22,011 bases of DNA, taken from IMG/VR virus record IMGVR_UViG_2869947659_000001, one strand, 5' to 3'. A model generated the notes under the pieces. The model did not search any database, was not told the origin of the DNA, and saw only the letters and a list, made by a program, of their open reading frames with translations. Position numbers and translations under genes: made by a program. This document shows, piece after piece, positions 9,552-17,586 of the stretch. Within the stretch, counting starts at the first letter, position 1; every line of letters begins with the position of its first letter. This stretch comes from a virus. Taxonomy: Duplodnaviria > Heunggongvirae > Uroviricota > Caudoviricetes.

Positions 9552-9880
9552 CAGTTCACCACCTGTTCAAAATCGGCCGTTACAGTCACCCATAACGCCC
9601 CCACGCTTGCCGACCATTTACGACAAACCACCCTGATCGGTTTCCAGTCATAAGGTGGTGTCCACTGAAATGCGCGGACGCCACCGTGCCGTTCCAGAAA
9701 GGCTTTTAAAGGTGGGTGTTCACCTTTACGAACACGTATCGTCACGCTGTAAGTCGACAGCAGATTATTCAGTCCCGCCGGGCGACGCTGTTCATAACCA
9801 TCACCCAGCTTCACTGCCACCACTTTTGGCTCTGATACCACATTCATATCCGGGCGCACCTTCCAGCGAAACGTCTCCAT
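9551..9880 (-). CDS. M: Minor tail protein M (109 aa)
   Basis: METFRWKVRPDMNVVSEPKVVAVKLGDGYEQRRPAGLNNLL... matches recalled lambda gpM in length and sequence. Confidence 0.95.
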   Translation of the reverse strand: METFRWKVRPDMNVVSEPKVVAVKLGDGYEQRRPAGLNNLLSTYSVTIRVRKGEHPPLKAFLERHGGVRAFQWTPPYDWKPIRVVCRKWSASVGALWVTVTADFEQVVN

Positions 9881-11034
9881 TACCGGTATGCTCCACTTAA
9901 CCGGCCACCATCACGGGCCTGCTGTTGCATAAAGTCCGCGGCCGCTTTTTTCCCGAGGTCATAAACCACCTTCAGTGCTGCCGGACCTATCTGCCCGTTC
10001 GTGCCGTCGTTATTGATCCCGATGTTGTACTGCGGGGCAAACATCACCATGCCTGAACCACCAGTATCCGCCACAACCCCCAGCTTACCATCAGCACCGC
10101 GACGCAGTGGCAGAATGGCTTCAGGTCCCGCTTCCCCCATCACACCCGCGCCTTTTGCAAAAGCAAAAAACGTCGGACGGTTAACCACCGTGCCACTGTA
10201 GCGACTCAAATCAGCAGACTGGTAAACACCGCCATCAGCATTAGTCGTGAAGCCGAATAAAGAGCCGACGCCCTTTACCGCCTGCATCATGGCCATCTGT
10301 GCCATAATTCTGGCCATATCTGACAACAGGGAAGAGGTGAAGGATTTAAAATTCAGCTTACCGGTGGTACAGAATGTCGCCAGTGCATTACCGGCACTGC
10401 TGAATGCCACTGTAAACATCTGTTCTGCCGTTCCCACCGCATTATCCGCATCCGCCGTAAAATTCTGAAACGCCCGCATGGCACCGTTTTTCCAGTCGCC
10501 CTGCGCCACTTCCAGTTCCTGCCAGTAGCGTTTGTTTTCATTCAGTTGTCGCTTCAGGCTCCCCTTCAGCACCTCCTCAGCCCTCCGGTAGTCCTCCGTC
10601 CCGTAAGTGCCTTTCTGGCGACTGTCATTCTCAAGCTGTTGCAACTGTTGCCGGTATTCCTGCCGGATGCGCAACTGTGCCTGGTAGCGCTGCCGCTGCT
10701 TATCCCCCATACCTGCAGTGGCAATATCCAGATTGTGCTGCTCACGCAGTGCACGTTCTTTGTCTGCCAGCTGGCTGGTCAGCTGAACCGTTTTTTTTCT
10801 CAGGTCGTTAAGCGCTGTCTGTTTCTGCAGCTCCTGCTGTTTCACATCCAGCAGCGTCAGCGCCTGAATCAGCTCATTCTTACGGGCCAGCACACTCTTT
10901 TCATCTGCCGTCAGCTTTTTCCCGTCCAGGTCGCTGATGCGCTGCTGCAGGGCCAGAAGCTGTTTATGCGCTTCAGTCATCCTTTCAGTGGCAATGCCTG
11001 CTGACTGTCTGGCAGCAGCAATCTGCCCTTCCAC
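9880..11034 (-). pseudogene. H: Tape measure protein H, C-terminal fragment (384 codons), separated from its 5' part by IS600::IS629
   Basis: C-terminus ...NNDGTNGQIGPAALKVVYDLGKKAAADFMQQQARDGGRLSGAYR matches the recalled lambda H C-terminus. The frame is open up to the IS600 end at 11035; the track 'start' at 11034 is an internal GTG Val codon. Confidence 0.85.
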
Positions 11035-11241
11035 TGAGGTAGCCTGAGTTTAACGGACACTCCTTCCTGAAATAGAATGGCATCAGAAGGAGCTAATAAT
11101 GAGCAGAAAAAACCAACGTTACTCTAAAGAGTTCAAAGCCGAAGCTGTCAGAACGGTTCTTGAAAATCAACTTTCGATCAGTGAAGGTGAACCGCCCCGG
11201 GAATCCTGGAGACTAAACTCCCTGAGAAAGAGGTAAACAGG

Positions 11242-11559
11242 ATGACTAAAAATACTCGTTTTTCCCCCGAAGTCCGTCAGAGGGCGATTCGTATGGTTCT
11301 GGAAAGTCAGGGCGAATATGACTCACAGTGGGCGGCAATTTGTTCCATTGCCCCAAAGATTGGCTGTACACCGGAGACTCTGCGTGTCTGGGTACGCCAG
11401 CATGAGCGGGATACCGGAGGCGGTGATGGCGGGCTCACCACCGCTGAACGTCAGCGTCTGAAAGAGCTGGAACGTGAAAATCGTGAACTGCGCCGCAGTA
11501 ACGATATCCTTCGCCAGGCTTCCGCTTATTTTGCGAAGGCGGAGTTCGACCGCCAGTGA
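11242..11559 (+). CDS. IS629 OrfA (105 aa, HTH/leucine-zipper transposase N-terminal protein)
   Basis: [105 protein letters not shown] matches recalled IS629 OrfA. Confidence 0.9.
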   Translation: MTKNTRFSPEVRQRAIRMVLESQGEYDSQWAAICSIAPKIGCTPETLRVWVRQHERDTGGGDGGLTTAERQRLKELERENRELRRSNDILRQASAYFAKAEFDRQ

Positions 11560-12446
11560 TGCCACTGCTGGATAAGCTGCGTAAGCTGTACGGGGTCGGA
11601 CCGGTATGCAGTGAACTACATATTGCCCCGTCAACGTATTACCACTGTCAGCAACAGCGACATCATCCTGATAAACGCAGTGCCCGTGCGCAGCGCGATG
11701 ACTGGCTGAAGAAAGAGATACTGCGCGTATACGATGGGAATCATCAGGTATACGGTGTGCGTAAAGTCTGGCGTCAGTTGTTACGGGAAGGCATCAGAGT
11801 GGCCAGATGCACTGTGGCACGTCTCATGGCGGTTATGGGACTTGCCGGTGTTCTCCGGGGTAAAAAGGTCCGTACGACCATCAGCCGGAAAACCGTTGCC
11901 GCAGGCGACCGCGTAAACCGTCAGTTCGTGGCAGAACGACCTGACCAGCTGTGGGTGGCTGATTTTACTTACGTCAGCACATGGCAGGGCTTCGTCTATG
12001 TGGCGTTCATTATTGATGTGTTTGCCGGATACATCGTGGGGTGGCGGGTCTCATCGTCCATGGAAACGACATTCGTGCTGGATGCTCTGGAGCAGGCGTT
12101 ATGGGCCCGTCGACCGTCCGGCACGGTCCATCACAGTGATAAAGGTTCTCAGTATGTATCGCTGGCCTACACACAGCGGCTTAAGGAAGCCGGATTACTG
12201 GCATCAACAGGAAGTACAGGCGACTCGTATGACAACGCGATGGCGGAGAGCATCAATGGTCTTTACAAAGCGGAGGTAATACACCGTAAGAGCTGGAAAA
12301 ACCGTGCAGAAGTGGAACTGGCCACACTCACGTGGGTGGACTGGTATAATAATCGACGATTGCTGGAAAGGCAGGGCCACATCCCTCCGGCAGAAGCAGA
12401 AAAAGCTTATTATGCTTCCATCGGAAACGATGATCTGGCAGCCTGA
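11556..12446 (+). CDS. IS629 OrfB (296 aa, DDE transposase catalytic domain), in the -1 frame relative to OrfA
   Basis: DDE motif context ([25 protein letters not shown]). ATGA overlap with the orfA stop. Confidence 0.9.
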   Translation: MMPLLDKLRKLYGVGPVCSELHIAPSTYYHCQQQRHHPDKRSARAQRDDWLKKEILRVYDGNHQVYGVRKVWRQLLREGIRVARCTVARLMAVMGLAGVLRGKKVRTTISRKTVAAGDRVNRQFVAERPDQLWVADFTYVSTWQGFVYVAFIIDVFAGYIVGWRVSSSMETTFVLDALEQALWARRPSGTVHHSDKGSQYVSLAYTQRLKEAGLLASTGSTGDSYDNAMAESINGLYKAEVIHRKSWKNRAEVELATLTWVDWYNNRRLLERQGHIPPAEAEKAYYASIGNDDLAA

Positions 12447-12659
12447 GTTCACAGATAAAACACTCTCCAGGAAACTCGGGGCGGTTCAAGGGTTCAAGGC
12501 GCTTCCCGATTATCCCTTCCTGAAGGCACTTTAGGACAATGGGTTACCGCCGCCAGAAAAGGGCTCGGTACTCCTGGTTCCCGCACGGTGGCTGAACTGG
12601 AATCTGAAATTCTGCAACTGCGTAAGGCGTTAAATGAAGCTCGCCTTGAGCGAGATATA

Positions 12660-12668
12660 TTAAAAAAA
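12660..12668 (+). promoter_or_regulatory. IS600 programmed -1 ribosomal frameshift window (TTA AAA AAA G; A7 run) linking orfA to orfB
   Basis: orfA codons TTA AAA AAA GCA. A -1 slip on the A-run enters the orfB frame (...KKSNSVFCTGVAEKYALIEQWRQQFPIEAMCQVF...). IS3-family elements use A6G/A7 windows for OrfAB fusion. Confidence 0.6.
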
Positions 12669-12748
12669 GCAACAGCGTATTTTGCACAGGAGTCGCTGAA
12701 AAATACGCGTTAATCGAACAATGGCGACAACAATTTCCCATTGAAGCG

Positions 12749-13567
12749 ATGTGTCAGGTATTTGGTGTATCCAGGAGCGGTTATTACAACTGGGTACAGC
12801 ATGAACCCTCAGACAGAAAACAAAGTGATGAGCGGCTAAAACTGGAGATTAAGGTGGCACATATCCGCACTCGCGAAACATATGGAACCCGGCGGCTCCA
12901 GACGGAGCTGGCAGAGAATGGCATCATCGTTGGTCGTGACCGACTGGCACGTCTTCGTAAGGAGCTAAGGCTACGCTGTAAGCAGAAACGCAAGTTCAGA
13001 GCGACTACGAACCCGAACCACAATCTGCCAGTTGCGCCAAATCTGCTGAACCAGACGTTCGCTCCTACAGCACCAAATCAGGTCTGGGTGGCGGACCTGA
13101 CGTATGTTGCCACACAGGAGGGATGGTTGTACCTCGCTGGCATCAAAGATGTTTATACGTGCGAAATTGTCGGCTACGCCATGGGAGAGCGCATGACAAA
13201 AGAGCTGACAGGTAAAGCCCTGTTTATGGCGCTCAGGAGCCAGCGCCCACCTGCCGGGCTAATCCACCACTCTGATCGAGGTTCACAGTACTGCGCATAC
13301 GATTACCGGGTCATACAGGAGCAGTCTGGTCTGAAAACATCAATGTCGCGTAAAGGTCACTGTTACGACAACGCTCCGATGGAAAGCTTCTGGGGAACGC
13401 TGAAAAATGAGAGCCTGAGCCACTATCGTTTTAATAACCGGGATGAAGCCATCTCAGTAATACGGGAATACATTGAGATTTTCTACAATCGTCAGCGTCG
13501 TCACTCTCGTCTGGGGAATATCTCCCCGGCAGCCTTCAGGGAAAAATATCATCAGATGGCTGCTTAA
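12749..13567 (+). CDS. IS600 OrfB (copy A), DDE transposase catalytic domain (272 aa from first Met; frame open upstream to the frameshift window)
   Basis: Identical protein to the copy at 16367-17185. DDE context WVADLTYV, HHSDRGSQY, YDNAPMES. Confidence 0.85.
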   Translation: MCQVFGVSRSGYYNWVQHEPSDRKQSDERLKLEIKVAHIRTRETYGTRRLQTELAENGIIVGRDRLARLRKELRLRCKQKRKFRATTNPNHNLPVAPNLLNQTFAPTAPNQVWVADLTYVATQEGWLYLAGIKDVYTCEIVGYAMGERMTKELTGKALFMALRSQRPPAGLIHHSDRGSQYCAYDYRVIQEQSGLKTSMSRKGHCYDNAPMESFWGTLKNESLSHYRFNNRDEAISVIREYIEIFYNRQRRHSRLGNISPAAFREKYHQMAA

Positions 13568-13610
13568 AAAAAGAACAAATGGTAGTGTCCGCTATTGCCA
13601 GTACACCTCA

Positions 13611-15374
13611 GACAGCCTGGTCGGCGTACTGCATGGCATTAATACGCGCAATTTCCCGCTGATGTCGTGCAGCTTCCGTTTCATTCATCCGGTTCAGCGC
13701 GGCATTTTCAGCATTCCGGCGTTTCTGTTGCTCCTGGTAATTCCGTTCTGCCTGCGCTTTTGCATCCTGCAAATCCTTCCGGCGTTTTTTCTCCTGAAGA
13801 TCGTTAAGACGCTGCTGATCGTACTCCACCTGTGTGGAGGCGTTTGTCCACGGATATTTTTTCGCGCGCTGAATTTTTTCCTGTAACGCATCAATCTGCG
13901 CATCCAGCGAGTCTTCACGACCAATATTCATGGCCGCATCCCAGAACTGCTTCCACCAGTCAGACAAGGTTTGCAGCGTACTACCCAGCGCATTGAGATT
14001 ATTATCAATATCAGATGTGCGTTTACCGGTTTCCTCTGCCAGCGCAGACATGGCGATCCGGGCCGCATCACTGGACCGCCCCTGCTCCCCAAGGACGCGT
14101 ATCTGCTCAAGCTGAGTGGCAGTCAAAAAATGCAGCGCATTGTCCAGCGCCTTCGCGGCATTTACAGGATCATCCTTCAGCCGCTTAAACTGATTTATGG
14201 TATCGCTGACCGACTGGCCAACCGATCGCTCCATCTGTGCGGCAGCTTTCGCCACCATACCAATATCGTTTCCATGAAATGCCCCACTGCCCACCACCTG
14301 TGCCAGCGCACCGGCTGCCGCATGTTGCGTGATACCATTCCCGGATATGGCCCGGCTGAGTTTCCACAACTGCCCGACAGTGACACCGGCATAATGTCCC
14401 GTCAGCGCCAGCTGATGGTTAAATTCCTCGCCCTCCTTCCGGCCGTCATGCCAGGCTTTACCCAGACCCAGGACCGCCGCGACAAGTCCGCCAATAACGC
14501 CGCCAGTCATCATGCCTTTCGGCGACATCAGTGCGCCTGTCCATCCGGCACGGTTAGCCAGCGTTATCCCGGATCCCCTCAGCGCACCAAAATTGCCGCG
14601 CGCCATCTGACTGATTAACACCCCCAGCTCCCGCCGGGCTGCCGCACTTTTCAGCCCCAGCGAATGTGTGGCTTTTCCTGCCCGCTCCATTTTGCGGATA
14701 TACACTTCTGCAGCACTGCTTACCCCCAGCTGAGCCGCCCTGGCGCGAAGCAACTCAGAAGACGACAGATTCTGGCGGGTTGCCTGCTCTTTAAGCTGGC
14801 GGATAAACGCCGCTTTCTGCCGGGTGGCCTGTTCCTCTGCCTGCGTCAGGGCACGGGTTTTCGCCGTGATCTCCGAAATCAGCGCCAGATAATCCTGCTG
14901 ACCAACCCCGCCACTGTTTCTGGCCTGTCGGATCTGCTGCTGAATACGCTGTAATTCCTGAAGCCCCGCACCGGCCTGTTTCACACTGTCAATCTGGCGA
15001 TAAAAGGCGGCAGCCGCTTTATCCTGCGCCTCCGCCAGTGCCCTGGCCTGCGCCTGTTCCTCGCGCATTTTCTGATTCAGGGCATCCACGCGCAGACGGG
15101 TTTGTTCCACCTCACGGGCCATGCGTTCATGAGCCCGTGCATTCTTCTCCACCGTCTGCGCATGGGCTGATGCTGCTGTTGCAGCCGAAGAAGCCGCATG
15201 CATTGTCTGCCGGGCCGCCTGAGTCTGACGCTCCATAAAACGCTGCATACGGGCAGAAGACCGTTCTGCATCACCGGCTGCACCATTCAGAAGGTTTTTG
15301 ATACGGGGAATTTCATTTTTAAACTCTGCCGCATCAATCCCCAAATCAATGACCAAGTTGGCTATCTGGTCCAT
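13611..15374 (-). pseudogene. H: Tape measure protein H, N-terminal fragment (588 codons)
   Basis: ATG at 15372-15374 with SD GGAGGTG. N-terminus MDQIANLVIDLGIDAAEFKNEIPRIKNLL... resembles the recalled lambda H N-terminus. The frame runs into the IS600 end and stops at its terminal TGA (13608-13610). Joining to 9880-11034 after removing the IS and one flanking triplet gives an in-frame H of about 971 aa. Confidence 0.85.
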
Positions 15375-15689
15375 AACGCACACCTCCGGAAATACCTTCC
15401 CCAAGATGCATCAGTTCTTCGTCCGTTCGCTCCGGTATCCCGTTCTCTTCCGGTAAAAGGCTGAAATCAGCCACCGCAGCATCACTGCTGCCGGACACCA
15501 TTCTCACGATCAATGCCTTCAGCGAGGCAAACTGCGCATCCATCCACACATCACTGAAGCTCTGCATCCGGAAATAATCGCCCCCTCACCAAGCTCAGTG
15601 GCCGACATTTCCGACAGCATCCGCCGCCAGTCTGCCCGCCGGAACTCCCGGGCAAGCCGCATGACAAACTGCATTTCCCGCGTCAGGAC
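15346..15689 (-). pseudogene. T: T segment of the G-T tail assembly chaperone, apparently frame-broken
   Basis: Candidate shift site CCG GAA AAG at the end of G (15689-15697). The -1 frame is open from there to TGA at 15519-15521. A different frame is open from 15585 to stop 15346-15348, ending 29 nt inside H as T does relative to H in lambda. One extra C in the C5 run 15581-15585 would join them into a continuous T domain of about 114 codons. Confidence 0.4.
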
Positions 15690-16069
15690 TTTTCCGGCGT
15701 CAGCGCCTCATGATCATCATCCCCGGCATTCTCAATGGTCCCCATACCGCTCAGCGACAGAACCCTCTCCGCCCCCGCGCCCAGCGCATCATACGACCAT
15801 GTTGTCATAATGGATGCGCAAAGCGTCTCAACATCCTGAGACTGCTCAGCATTCCACAGTGAGCGGGAAACCAGCCAGGCATTGATATCCATTCCCATAC
15901 GCAGAAAAGCAATCTGTCGTTCAGCCTCCGGCAGTTCTCCCTCCTGTGCATCAAACTTTGCCGTTCGCTGCTGAACAAACGTCAGATATTCAATTCTCTG
16001 CAGCCCGGACAGCTCACTGAGCACCACGGACTGTTTTTCATAATTAAACGTATCCTGTTTCAGAAACAT
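15683..16069 (-). CDS. G: Tail assembly chaperone G (128 aa from ATG 16067-16069)
   Basis: MFLKQDTFNYEKQSVVLSELSGLQRIEYLTFVQQ... matches recalled lambda gpG (MFLKTESFEHNGVTVTLSELSALQRIEHLA...). SD GGAGAA upstream. The track ORF starts at an upstream TTG. Confidence 0.9.
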   Translation of the reverse strand: MFLKQDTFNYEKQSVVLSELSGLQRIEYLTFVQQRTAKFDAQEGELPEAERQIAFLRMGMDINAWLVSRSLWNAEQSQDVETLCASIMTTWSYDALGAGAERVLSLSGMGTIENAGDDDHEALTPEKS

Positions 16070-16085
16070 CATGTTCTCCGGATGC

Positions 16086-16108
16086 AAAAAGCCCCGGATA
16101 ACCGGGGC
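16086..16108 (-). terminator. Intrinsic terminator-like hairpin between V and G
   Basis: Stem GCCCCGG (16091-16097) / CCGGGGC (16102-16108) with loop ATAA, followed on the minus strand by U5 (A-run 16086-16090 on plus) and then the G RBS and ATG. Confidence 0.5.
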
Positions 16109-16127
16109 AATGATGAGTATCGTCCTG

Positions 16128-16320
16128 TTATGGTGCGCTGACGGTCACCGCAGCCACTGCCACAAACTCTCCGTCAGAGGTCATGCCCACGATGCTGACA
16201 CTGCCCTGCTTCACGCCTTTCACCGTGGCCACAAGCCCGCTCAGGGTCACCGAAGCAGTCTGAGGATCTGACGAATGCACACTGATCGCTTTGTCACTGG
16301 CCCCGTCAGGTTTTACTGTA
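16128..16320 (-). pseudogene. V: Major tail protein V, C-terminal fragment (Ig-like domain)
   Basis: ...FTVKPDGASDKAISVHSSDPQTASVTLSGLVATVKGVKQGSVSIVGMTSDGEFVAVAAVTVSAP resembles the recalled lambda gpV C-terminal domain. Separated from the N-terminal part by IS600. Confidence 0.85.
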
Positions 16321-16366
16321 AAGTGAGGTGTACTGGCAATAGCGGACACTACCATTTGTTCTTTTT

Positions 16367-17185
16367 TTAAGCAGCCATCTGATGATATTTTTCCCTGAAG
16401 GCTGCCGGGGAGATATTCCCCAGACGAGAGTGACGACGCTGACGATTGTAGAAAATCTCAATGTATTCCCGTATTACTGAGATGGCTTCATCCCGGTTAT
16501 TAAAACGATAGTGGCTCAGGCTCTCATTTTTCAGCGTTCCCCAGAAGCTTTCCATCGGAGCGTTGTCGTAACAGTGACCTTTACGCGACATTGATGTTTT
16601 CAGACCAGACTGCTCCTGTATGACCCGGTAATCGTATGCGCAGTACTGTGAACCTCGATCAGAGTGGTGGATTAGCCCGGCAGGTGGGCGCTGGCTCCTG
16701 AGCGCCATAAACAGGGCTTTACCTGTCAGCTCTTTTGTCATGCGCTCTCCCATGGCGTAGCCGACAATTTCGCACGTATAAACATCTTTGATGCCAGCGA
16801 GGTACAACCATCCCTCCTGTGTGGCAACATACGTCAGGTCCGCCACCCAGACCTGATTTGGTGCTGTAGGAGCGAACGTCTGGTTCAGCAGATTTGGCGC
16901 AACTGGCAGATTGTGGTTCGGGTTCGTAGTCGCTCTGAACTTGCGTTTCTGCTTACAGCGTAGCCTTAGCTCCTTACGAAGACGTGCCAGTCGGTCACGA
17001 CCAACGATGATGCCATTCTCTGCCAGCTCCGTCTGGAGCCGCCGGGTTCCATATGTTTCGCGAGTGCGGATATGTGCCACCTTAATCTCCAGTTTTAGCC
17101 GCTCATCACTTTGTTTTCTGTCTGAGGGTTCATGCTGTACCCAGTTGTAATAACCGCTCCTGGATACACCAAATACCTGACACAT
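16367..17185 (-). CDS. IS600 OrfB (copy B), DDE transposase catalytic domain (272 aa)
   Basis: Identical to the copy A OrfB. In this copy the orfB frame is +1, not -1, relative to orfA. Confidence 0.85.
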   Translation of the reverse strand: MCQVFGVSRSGYYNWVQHEPSDRKQSDERLKLEIKVAHIRTRETYGTRRLQTELAENGIIVGRDRLARLRKELRLRCKQKRKFRATTNPNHNLPVAPNLLNQTFAPTAPNQVWVADLTYVATQEGWLYLAGIKDVYTCEIVGYAMGERMTKELTGKALFMALRSQRPPAGLIHHSDRGSQYCAYDYRVIQEQSGLKTSMSRKGHCYDNAPMESFWGTLKNESLSHYRFNNRDEAISVIREYIEIFYNRQRRHSRLGNISPAAFREKYHQMAA

Positions 17186-17234
17186 CGCTTCAATGGGAAA
17201 TTGTTGTCGCCATTGTTCGATTAACGCGTATTTT

Positions 17235-17522
17235 TCAGCGACTCCTGTGCAAAATACGCTGTTGCTTTTTTAATATATCTCGCTCAAGGCGAGCTTCATT
17301 TAACGCCTTACGCAGTTGCAGAATTTCAGATTCCAGTTCAGCCACCGTGCGGGAACCAGGAGTACCGAGCCCTTTTCTGGCGGCGGTAACCCATTGTCCT
17401 AAAGTGCCTTCAGGAAGGGATAATCGGGAAGCGCCTTCACTGATCGAAAGTTGATTTTCAAGAACCGTTCTGACAGCTTCGGCTTTGAACTCTTTAGAGT
17501 AACGTTGGTTTTTTCTGCTCAT
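17235..17522 (-). CDS. IS600 OrfA variant (copy B), 95 aa with altered C-terminus
   Basis: MSRKNQRYSKEFKAEAVRTVLENQLSISEGASRLSLPEGTLGQWV...LERDILKKQQRILHRSR. After the A-run it diverges from the copy A reading (…KKATAYFAQESLKNTR) because the run is A6 rather than A7. Confidence 0.8.
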   Translation of the reverse strand: MSRKNQRYSKEFKAEAVRTVLENQLSISEGASRLSLPEGTLGQWVTAARKGLGTPGSRTVAELESEILQLRKALNEARLERDILKKQQRILHRSR

Positions 17523-17586
17523 TATTAGCTCCTTCTGATGCCATTCTATTTCAGGAAGGAGTGTCCGTTAAACTCAGGCTACCTCA

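Larger units (their letters stand above)
11188..12496 (+). mobile_element. IS629 (IS3 family; IS1203/IS3411-like), complete, nested in IS600 orfA
   Basis: Left end TGAACCGCCCCGGGAATCCTGGAG...; right end ...CTCCAGGAAACTCGGGGCGGTTCAAGGGTTCA. Flanked by a perfect 3-bp direct repeat AGG (11185-11187 and 12497-12499) within otherwise continuous IS600 sequence. The exact right boundary is uncertain by a few bases because of an 8-bp tandem GGTTCAAG at the end. Confidence 0.85.
11099..12713 (+). pseudogene. IS600 orfA (copy A), interrupted after codon 29 by IS629; 3' portion keeps the canonical 100-codon reading
   Basis: ATG 11099-11101, MSRKNQRYSKEFKAEAVRTVLENQLSISE up to 11185, then IS629. Resumes after 12499 and runs through LERDILKKATAYFAQESLKNTR to TAA 12711-12713. 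Confidence 0.75.
11035..13610 (+). mobile_element. IS600 (IS3 family) copy A, carrying a nested IS629 inside orfA
   Basis: Ends TGAGGTAGCCTGAGTTTAACGGACAC... and ...GTACACCTCA. Identical to the rc of 16324-17586 apart from the IS629 insert plus AGG duplication and one extra A in the orfA/orfB frameshift window (A7 at 12662-12668). Flanking triplets are CAC (11032-11034) and GAC (13611-13613), an imperfect 3-bp duplication. Name IS600 rests on recalled OrfA/OrfB sequences. Confidence 0.8.
16324..17586 (-). mobile_element. IS600 (IS3 family) copy B, uninterrupted, 1263 bp, inserted in V
   Basis: Ends TGAGG...CCTCA with imperfect terminal inverted repeats. Flanked by a perfect 3-bp direct repeat AAG (16321-16323 and 17587-17589). 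Removing the element and one repeat restores an in-frame V (...TTTLTFTVKPDG...). One A shorter than copy A in the frameshift window (T6 at 17266-17271 on plus). Confidence 0.85.

Noticed and set aside
8847-9653. 268-aa plus-strand ORF
   Set aside because: Antisense to K and L, both of which are well supported.
12784-13023. 79-aa ORF present twice (also 16911-17150)
   Set aside because: Antisense inside IS600 orfB; it appears twice only because the IS is duplicated.
13971-14618. 215-aa plus-strand ORF
   Set aside because: Antisense within the H 5' fragment; low-complexity Arg-rich translation.
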